Of a stretch of 32,000 nt of DNA, positions 10,821-17,119 are shown one piece after another. Origin of the DNA: Alkanindiges sp. WGS2144 (GTDB taxonomy: Bacteria; Pseudomonadota; Gammaproteobacteria; Pseudomonadales; Moraxellaceae); the NCBI RefSeq assembly GCF_043950625.1, contig NZ_CP171007.1; one strand, 5' to 3'. A model generated the notes under the pieces. That model did not search any database. It saw only the letters and a list, made by a program, of their open reading frames with translations, and was not told the origin of the DNA. The position numbers were made by a program, and so were the translations under genes. How positions within the stretch are numbered: position 1 is the stretch's first letter; the number at the start of each line of letters is the position of its first letter.

Positions 10821-11816
10821 ATGAAATGTACAACTGCAAAGCTGGCATATCTTGCAATATTAATACCATTGTCTTCTCACACATGGGCATTACAGGCTCT
10901 GGATGATCAATCTCTGGCCGCGCAAACAGGTCAGGATGGCATCAGTATGGCACTGGACTATCCTAACTCAACCATTAGTTTTAGTGAGGTGATATTAACC
11001 GATACTGATGGTATGCCAGATGCTACAAATGGCGCTTCACTGATTGTTGCTCCTGCAACATATAGCGACACCCAGGGCATTCGTATGTTTAAAAACAATA
11101 GCAATACTGCTATTGCCACCGCCCCTGTGCTCATCAAGATGGATGCGGACAGTAATAGTAATCAACCAGTATTTAATGCCAATATTTCCTTACCTACTGA
11201 TTTGGGACGTATGCGGATTAACCCGTTTTCAATTTATTTAACCGCTGGTTCAGATTCTATTTTCGAGCCTGGCACACGCATAAAAGATAGTACAGGCACT
11301 ATAAGAGCCACAGGCGTGACAGAGCTACTAAGAGTGAATACTGAAGGCATTGATGTGGTGTTTAAAGAAGGTGATCCCCTTAGTGTCAATGTACAGTTAG
11401 GAAATGCACCTCAGGGGCATATGCTCAAATTTACCGGTGGTAGTATTTTGTGTGTAGGTAACAATGCCTCATGCATGGCAACACAGGGTGAGGAAGGGAA
11501 AAATCCCATTGAGCTGATCTCTAAAAACAGTTCGGGTGAATCTAGCTTGAAACTTGGATTTACGCTTAAGGCGAGTGAACAGGATACCGGTTTCCGCCTG
11601 GCAGGTTTTTATGCAGGCTTTGATAATGACGGGCTGATATTTGGCAAAGAAGGTTCCACAGATAAGTTTGATTTTGTGTTAAATAATGTGGTTGCAGGCG
11701 AGGCAGGGGCACAAGCTCCAGAGACCTTTAATCATCTCAAAAATGGTTCAATGGGTAATTTTGGTTTAATAGGGGCTTCAGTCACTAATCTAAAAGTCAA
11801 TGTAAAGGGAATGTGA
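10821..11816 (+). CDS. Secreted repeat protein, divergent paralog 4 of 4 (FilA-like N-terminal two-thirds, unrelated C-terminal region)
   Basis: 331 aa. Signal peptide ...SSHTWA|LQ. Mature N-terminus LQALDDQSLAAQTGQDGISM. Contains DADSNSN and SVNVQLGNAPQG blocks. The C-terminal ~130 aa differ from paralogs 1-3, contain a CX6C pair, and end ...VNVKGM with no SGH terminus. Confidence 0.7.
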   Translation: MKCTTAKLAYLAILIPLSSHTWALQALDDQSLAAQTGQDGISMALDYPNSTISFSEVILTDTDGMPDATNGASLIVAPATYSDTQGIRMFKNNSNTAIATAPVLIKMDADSNSNQPVFNANISLPTDLGRMRINPFSIYLTAGSDSIFEPGTRIKDSTGTIRATGVTELLRVNTEGIDVVFKEGDPLSVNVQLGNAPQGHMLKFTGGSILCVGNNASCMATQGEEGKNPIELISKNSSGESSLKLGFTLKASEQDTGFRLAGFYAGFDNDGLIFGKEGSTDKFDFVLNNVVAGEAGAQAPETFNHLKNGSMGNFGLIGASVTNLKVNVKGM

Positions 11817-11825
11817 TTTGAGCGT

Positions 11826-11853
11826 GATTAATTTGCTAGTTGGCAAATTAATC
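11826..11853. repeat. Perfect 11-bp AT-rich inverted repeat between the subunit genes and the peptidase gene
   Basis: GATTAATTTGC (11826-11836) pairs with GCAAATTAATC (11843-11853) around a 6-nt loop. It is followed by CAAAAAAA, not a T-run. Confidence 0.5.
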
Positions 11854-11908
11854 CAAAAAAATTAGTGTAATTGTGAATAAAACACGGTATCTTGTAACCA
11901 CATGGACG

Positions 11909-11930
11909 GCGATTAGTAACTTCTAATCGC
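11909..11930. repeat. Perfect 8-bp inverted repeat (hairpin) upstream of the peptidase gene
   Basis: GCGATTAG (11909-11916) pairs with CTAATCGC (11923-11930) around a 6-nt loop. Confidence 0.45.
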
Positions 11931-11993
11931 ACCTTCAATAGGATATGGTGATGTTCTTTAACTGGATATCACCCACAATTAGAAAAACTTGCT

Positions 11994-12830
11994 ATGTTTA
12001 TCGTCACGCTAGGATCAGCCTTAATTTATCATTTTGCCACTGAAGCATTACAAGTGGCGGATAAACCTGCTGGCTCAGTGTATTACACTGAAGTGGCAGA
12101 TTCCCGTTATCCCTCATTTGGTAAGTACCACCGTGAACCTGTTCAGGTCAAGCCGGCTATCGAACAGCAGTTCCGCGGTATTGTCAAACAAGCTTATGAC
12201 TATAGCTGTGGTTCAGCAGCGCTAACTACTTTGCTTAATGGCTATGTGGGCGAAAAGCTAAATGAGCGTCAAACCATGGATGGATTGATGCGCTATGGTG
12301 AGTATGATCGCATTGTAGAGCGGCGCAGCTTTTCACTGTTAGATATGAAACGCTTTGTAACGGCGCTAGGATACAATAGTGGCGGCTATAAAGGTAAATT
12401 TGAGGATCTCATAGCTCTTGATAAACCAGCCATTGTGCCTATTGCCTATGCTGGTTTTAAGCATTTTGTCGTATATAAAGCCTATCGTAATGGTCGTGTG
12501 TTTGTCGCTGACCCGGCTTTGGGTAATTTAAGTTTTAGTGCCGATCATTTTCAGGAAATCTGGGACAATAATACGCTGTTCATCGTTGACCCTCCGGTGG
12601 GACGTGAATTACCTGGTTTGCTTGCCCTGCAAGAACAGGATATGCGTATTGTGGAGGATAGCGTAATTGATCGATTTGCTTTTGTAGATGTACGCTATCC
12701 TACGTTAATGATGGAAAAAAATGCTGACCGGGCTGCCACTATGCGCAGAGTGCTTGATGAAGATCCAAAATCAGCAACCTATCAGCAACCTATTGATGTC
12801 CCTCTACGCTTATATTATAAGCGTAAATAA
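11994..12830 (+). CDS. filB: Stand-alone C39-type (papain-fold) cysteine peptidase, predicted exported (FilB-like)
   Basis: 278 aa. QAYDYSCGSAALTTLLN carries the catalytic-type Cys72 (nt 12207-12209). GFKHFVVY carries His157 (12462-12464). VFVADPALG carries Asp173 (12510-12512). There is no ABC-transporter domain. The 5' end is problematic (see findings). Confidence 0.75.
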   Translation: MFIVTLGSALIYHFATEALQVADKPAGSVYYTEVADSRYPSFGKYHREPVQVKPAIEQQFRGIVKQAYDYSCGSAALTTLLNGYVGEKLNERQTMDGLMRYGEYDRIVERRSFSLLDMKRFVTALGYNSGGYKGKFEDLIALDKPAIVPIAYAGFKHFVVYKAYRNGRVFVADPALGNLSFSADHFQEIWDNNTLFIVDPPVGRELPGLLALQEQDMRIVEDSVIDRFAFVDVRYPTLMMEKNADRAATMRRVLDEDPKSATYQQPIDVPLRLYYKRK

Positions 12831-12877
12831 AATTAACGTATCGTTTTCAATTTAAAATAACTGTTTCAAGGTAGATT

Positions 12878-14179
12878 ATGGTCATGCAGAAACAATGGAT
12901 GAATCGCTCAATACTGGCCCTAAGTATTAGTTTGGCAATGATTGGGGCGAATGTGCATGCAGCAGATGCAGAGGATTCTCAGGTTAATGAGAGTGCGGAC
13001 AGTGAAATAACCACTACACAGGAACAAGAAGGTACCACTGATCCAGTAGCTGCAGAAAGCCGGGAACAGGTTGAAGCTCCCTTAACTCATGATAATAATC
13101 CTGATGAGGTAGAAAGCACGGTTGTCAATACCGTTGCTGAGCGCCCGGATGATACGCAAGAACCAGTTGCTACCGCGCAGAGCGCTGCCACGGCTTCTGG
13201 CTCAACAGCTGTTACTCCTTCTATGGCACCTAAAGACAGTGCTGCCAGTGTTCTGGAGCAAAAAGCGGATGATGCGTCTGCACAAAGCAACTTGGAAGAA
13301 GTATTTACGCGTTCTGAGCAGCAGTATTCCTTATCCAAGCGTGGTTCTTATTCTGCCTACTATGATGTTGACTATAGTTATTACCGTGATAGTCGTCTGG
13401 ATTTGGCATTAAGCGATAGTGGATCAGCACTCACCCGGTTACGTGTGGAAGAGGATGCACAGCACAGTATTACCAATACGTTTACCTTCCAGTATGGTCT
13501 GCTGGATAACGTGACATTAACAGCTTCCTTACCCTTGGTTGCCAAAAGCGATAATCTAAAAGACGCTACTACTGCCGGTCTAGGGGATATTAGCCTGGGA
13601 GCACGCTGGGAACCATTCCCCCTAAAACAGGGCCGCCTGCCGTTAATTTTATTTGGTAGCCTCTCTACTAAAACAGGTGATAGTCCCTACGAAATTGACC
13701 CGGTTCGTGGCTTATCGACAGGTAAAGGATATTATTCCATCGGCGGCGGTGCCAGTACCCGTAAGTTTATTGATCCTGTCGTATTGTTTGCCTCTGGTTC
13801 GGTTAGCTATGGTCTAAAAGAAACAGGTATTAATCAGGTGCGGGGTAATACCAACCGGATTCTGGAGTCTTTTGATCCTGGAATGAGCGGTGGTATTTCG
13901 TTTGGTTTTGCATACTCATTTAACTATGATGTGTCTTTAACCATGTCATACCAGCAAAGCTTCTCGACTGGCAGTGAGTTTAAATTTGACAATGGTGATG
14001 TTTCAAAGCCAGCTGATCAAACCAGTGCCTCACTTGGTTTTTCTCTAGGGGTGCGGGTAACACCCAAGACTATTGTTAATGGTTCAGTGGGCTTTGGCTT
14101 AACTGAAGATGCGCCAGATGTGTCTTTAGGTCTTTCTTTCCCGCTGGATTTCCTGGGTTTTGGCCGTGACAACCGCTGA
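12878..14179 (+). CDS. filC: Outer-membrane beta-barrel protein (MetA/phenol-degradation 'transporter'-type, GLGD motif) with a long acidic N-terminal extension (FilC-like)
   Basis: 433 aa. Signal peptide ...GANVHA|AD. About 120 aa of D/E/S/T/A/Q-rich low complexity follow. The remainder alternates amphipathic strands, including TTAGLGDISLGARWEP, which is typical of that barrel family. Confidence 0.6.
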   Translation: MVMQKQWMNRSILALSISLAMIGANVHAADAEDSQVNESADSEITTTQEQEGTTDPVAAESREQVEAPLTHDNNPDEVESTVVNTVAERPDDTQEPVATAQSAATASGSTAVTPSMAPKDSAASVLEQKADDASAQSNLEEVFTRSEQQYSLSKRGSYSAYYDVDYSYYRDSRLDLALSDSGSALTRLRVEEDAQHSITNTFTFQYGLLDNVTLTASLPLVAKSDNLKDATTAGLGDISLGARWEPFPLKQGRLPLILFGSLSTKTGDSPYEIDPVRGLSTGKGYYSIGGGASTRKFIDPVVLFASGSVSYGLKETGINQVRGNTNRILESFDPGMSGGISFGFAYSFNYDVSLTMSYQQSFSTGSEFKFDNGDVSKPADQTSASLGFSLGVRVTPKTIVNGSVGFGLTEDAPDVSLGLSFPLDFLGFGRDNR

Positions 14180-14190
14180 GGCACGCTAGT

Positions 14191-15855
14191 ATGAAAATAA
14201 ATTTGCGCTTGCGGCCTTTAAGTTGTGCCATATTGCTGTCCAGCGTTTCGGCTTTATCTCATGCACAGCTAGGGCAAAACCTGTCTATTGATATTCGTGC
14301 TTTATCCATGGGGAATGCGGTTACTGCAGACCCGCCGGGAATCAGTGCGATTCATTTTAACCCGGCAGGTTTAACCAAAATACAGGGTTTACAAACTGAT
14401 GTTCAGGGCTTGCTGGTAGACTTTAACATTCGCCGAGAATTTGAAGCACCGCCAGGCTATAACGTATTTGGTTATTCAGATGATCCTCTTATTTGTAATG
14501 AAATGGAGATGGGTCAAAAATTATGTGGGGAATTTAAGGATTACGCGGTTAGTAAGGTTGATCATCCCAGTCTTTATGTCCCTGTTCTAAAGAAAATTGT
14601 TAACTGGCCACAAGGCTTACCATTAGCCGCCCCTTTGGCGGGGGCCGCCTATAATCCTCCAGGCTCAAAAATTACATATGCTTCGGGTTTATATGCGCCG
14701 TTAGTTGCAGGCTTTGGTTCGGCAGATGGTGATCCTGGTAACTACATGGGTCAGCAAGTAGCCATTGAGCGGATCACTTATTTATCCCCCTCAGCAGCCT
14801 ATAAGGTTAATGATCACTTATCGTTGGGTGCTTCGGTAGGTATGTCTTATCAGGCCATTGGCTTAAAGACAGATTTACGTTTTCCCAATGAATTGATTGG
14901 CGTACTACGCTTAATTGATGAAGATGTCTGTGGCCCATTTAAAGAAAATGGTAATATTGTTGGTAACCTATTATTATTTGGTATTTGTAATGCTGAGGAG
15001 AGTATAGGGCCGTTTAAAAAGCTAGCTGCCATGGACGTGGCGCTGGAGCAAAGCTTATCTCCTACGTATAACCTGGGTTTGCTCTGGGAACCTAATGATG
15101 ATTTTGGCTTTGGTATGGTTTATCAAAGCTCTAGCAAAATGAAGCTTAAGGGCAAGTATGCTATTGATAATGGCAGAGGTGCGCAGGAGCTGATTCGTGC
15201 TTTGGGTTCGTCAGCTACAGGTGTAATTTTACAGGCTATTTTAGGCTTCCCATCTTATATACCTCCTACAGAAAGTGGCATTGTATCCATGGACTTGGAG
15301 TATCCAGCGCATTTTCAGGCAGGGATTAAATATAAGGTAATGCCGGACTTACAGTTTAATTTTGATATCGGCTGGACGGATTATGCTGCCTGGGATTCCT
15401 TCAAATTTAATTTTGACCGCCAGGTATCTGCTTTAAAAATTGCACGACTTTTAACTAACGGCGCTACCCCAACAAGTCTGGAACTTCCTTTAGGATTTCG
15501 CAGCCCCTGGAGCTGGGGGGTAGGCATGGAGTATAGTGCGACTGATCGTTTAAAGCTGCGGTTAGGTTATGAACCTCGAAAGAGTGCTATTCCCGACGAT
15601 CGACGTAATACGCTGGTGCCAATTAATAATGCACAAATGTTTGGTGCCGGTATTGGTTATCAATTCGATCCGGATACCACAATTGACCTAACAGCGATGC
15701 ATTTACGTAGTCGTGATAATATTCCTGCAAATACAAGTGGGCTAGCCAACAAAACCGGGGTGAATAATTTATTGTTAAACCCATATGCAGGCTTGGACAT
15801 TAAAACCAACACAAAAGTTACCATTTTAGGTATAGCATATCGCACGGTTTGGTAA
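14191..15855 (+). CDS. filD: FadL/TodX (OMPP1) family outer-membrane transport protein (FilD-like)
   Basis: 554 aa. Signal peptide ...ALSHA|QL. LSMGNAVTADPPGISAIHFNPAGL is the N-terminal hallmark of the FadL family. The C-terminal beta-signal is ...LGIAYRTVW. It starts 11 nt after filC. Confidence 0.75.
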   Translation: MKINLRLRPLSCAILLSSVSALSHAQLGQNLSIDIRALSMGNAVTADPPGISAIHFNPAGLTKIQGLQTDVQGLLVDFNIRREFEAPPGYNVFGYSDDPLICNEMEMGQKLCGEFKDYAVSKVDHPSLYVPVLKKIVNWPQGLPLAAPLAGAAYNPPGSKITYASGLYAPLVAGFGSADGDPGNYMGQQVAIERITYLSPSAAYKVNDHLSLGASVGMSYQAIGLKTDLRFPNELIGVLRLIDEDVCGPFKENGNIVGNLLLFGICNAEESIGPFKKLAAMDVALEQSLSPTYNLGLLWEPNDDFGFGMVYQSSSKMKLKGKYAIDNGRGAQELIRALGSSATGVILQAILGFPSYIPPTESGIVSMDLEYPAHFQAGIKYKVMPDLQFNFDIGWTDYAAWDSFKFNFDRQVSALKIARLLTNGATPTSLELPLGFRSPWSWGVGMEYSATDRLKLRLGYEPRKSAIPDDRRNTLVPINNAQMFGAGIGYQFDPDTTIDLTAMHLRSRDNIPANTSGLANKTGVNNLLLNPYAGLDIKTNTKVTILGIAYRTVW

Positions 15856-15867
15856 CTGGTACTCATC

Positions 15868-17091
15868 ATGCCTATAAATATCTGGAAATTTATCGCGATC
15901 AGTGGATTAGGCCTGCTTTGTATAAACCCGGTTGCTCATGCAGAGCGCTCCGGGTTTTATACAATTATTGGCCCGGATGGGCGTATCATGGTAGTTGATC
16001 GCAATGCTCCAAGCGACCGTGAAACCAGGACGAAAGTAGCTACTAAGCAACCTAAAACTGCTCATAAGACAGCGACATCTTCAAAGTGGTCTTTATTTAG
16101 TGGCAAGACTAAAAGTAAGATAGTGAACTCACCACAGCAGCCTACCTCGGCTGTTAATTCTACTCTACCAGCAGGTAAAACTACCCCCTCAGCTACAACT
16201 CACGATTCTGCCCCAACTTCAGTAAGTCATTCTGTTGAGCAGCGGGTGTTTGTCCAGCAGCCAGAAATGCAATCGATAAGTAAAACAGAAGCCGCTATAA
16301 AAACAAATTCAGTAAAAGCAGAAAATAGTGAAAATCCTATAAAAAATAAGGCCATTCCGGCTTCCAGCCCTACTGTACAACCATCAATAGGAGAAGAATC
16401 GCCGTCCGTTGATAGCCAGCCAGTTAAAACCATTGATGGCGAGCAGTATGTCGATAGCGAATACTTAGAGGCGCATGAGTTTAATTTAGAAGGAAAAAAA
16501 AGATTTTATAACCTGCCTGATGGTTTGGGAGGCACGCAGGTGCTCCAGCGTGAAAAGGGCGTCGATATGAGTTTCTTTCGACGTTTTAAAGCCGAGCAAC
16601 CGCAGCAGCAGGTTGTTAACCTGGCAAAGAACTATCAGCGTCTTAGCCAGAATGAGGTAACAGCACTTACTGGAGTACAATGCTTTAGTGAAAAGCAATT
16701 GAAAAAAGCCAAGCTGCTCCGTAAAGATGAAAGCCTGAGTTTATGGCCCAAGCCTGGGTTTGAGCCAAAATTTGATTTTGTAGTCGCACGGCTATCTGAA
16801 CAAATTAATGATATCCAATTTAATTCATATGCTGATAAGATCAGTAATCCTGAATTTTACTGGCCTTTACCTATATTTCTGGATGATAAAGGCTGCGTAA
16901 TAGAGGGGGTCAATGCGTTTTATCAGCAGACCATTTCCCCTACGGTGACTACTCGCCAGGCACTGCAAGGCTATATGCATATTCCGACAGGTACGAGCTA
17001 TGTATTGCTAACTCCACTTGAGGCAGCAGTTGACCTTGAACATATTCAGTTAACGGACAAAGGACAGGTTCGTTTAACACCGGTTCGTTAA
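15868..17091 (+). CDS. filE: Exported protein of unknown function with an S/T/P/Q/K-rich linker (FilE-like)
   Basis: 407 aa. Signal peptide ...INPVAHA|ER. A low-complexity region of ~140 aa (nt ~16009-16437) follows, then a ~215-aa C-terminal domain. It starts 12 nt after filD. The symbol comes from the remembered fil locus order. Confidence 0.55.
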   Translation: MPINIWKFIAISGLGLLCINPVAHAERSGFYTIIGPDGRIMVVDRNAPSDRETRTKVATKQPKTAHKTATSSKWSLFSGKTKSKIVNSPQQPTSAVNSTLPAGKTTPSATTHDSAPTSVSHSVEQRVFVQQPEMQSISKTEAAIKTNSVKAENSENPIKNKAIPASSPTVQPSIGEESPSVDSQPVKTIDGEQYVDSEYLEAHEFNLEGKKRFYNLPDGLGGTQVLQREKGVDMSFFRRFKAEQPQQQVVNLAKNYQRLSQNEVTALTGVQCFSEKQLKKAKLLRKDESLSLWPKPGFEPKFDFVVARLSEQINDIQFNSYADKISNPEFYWPLPIFLDDKGCVIEGVNAFYQQTISPTVTTRQALQGYMHIPTGTSYVLLTPLEAAVDLEHIQLTDKGQVRLTPVR

Positions 17092-17119
17092 GTAATATCA
17101 TTAATTGGAAGTTTGAATA

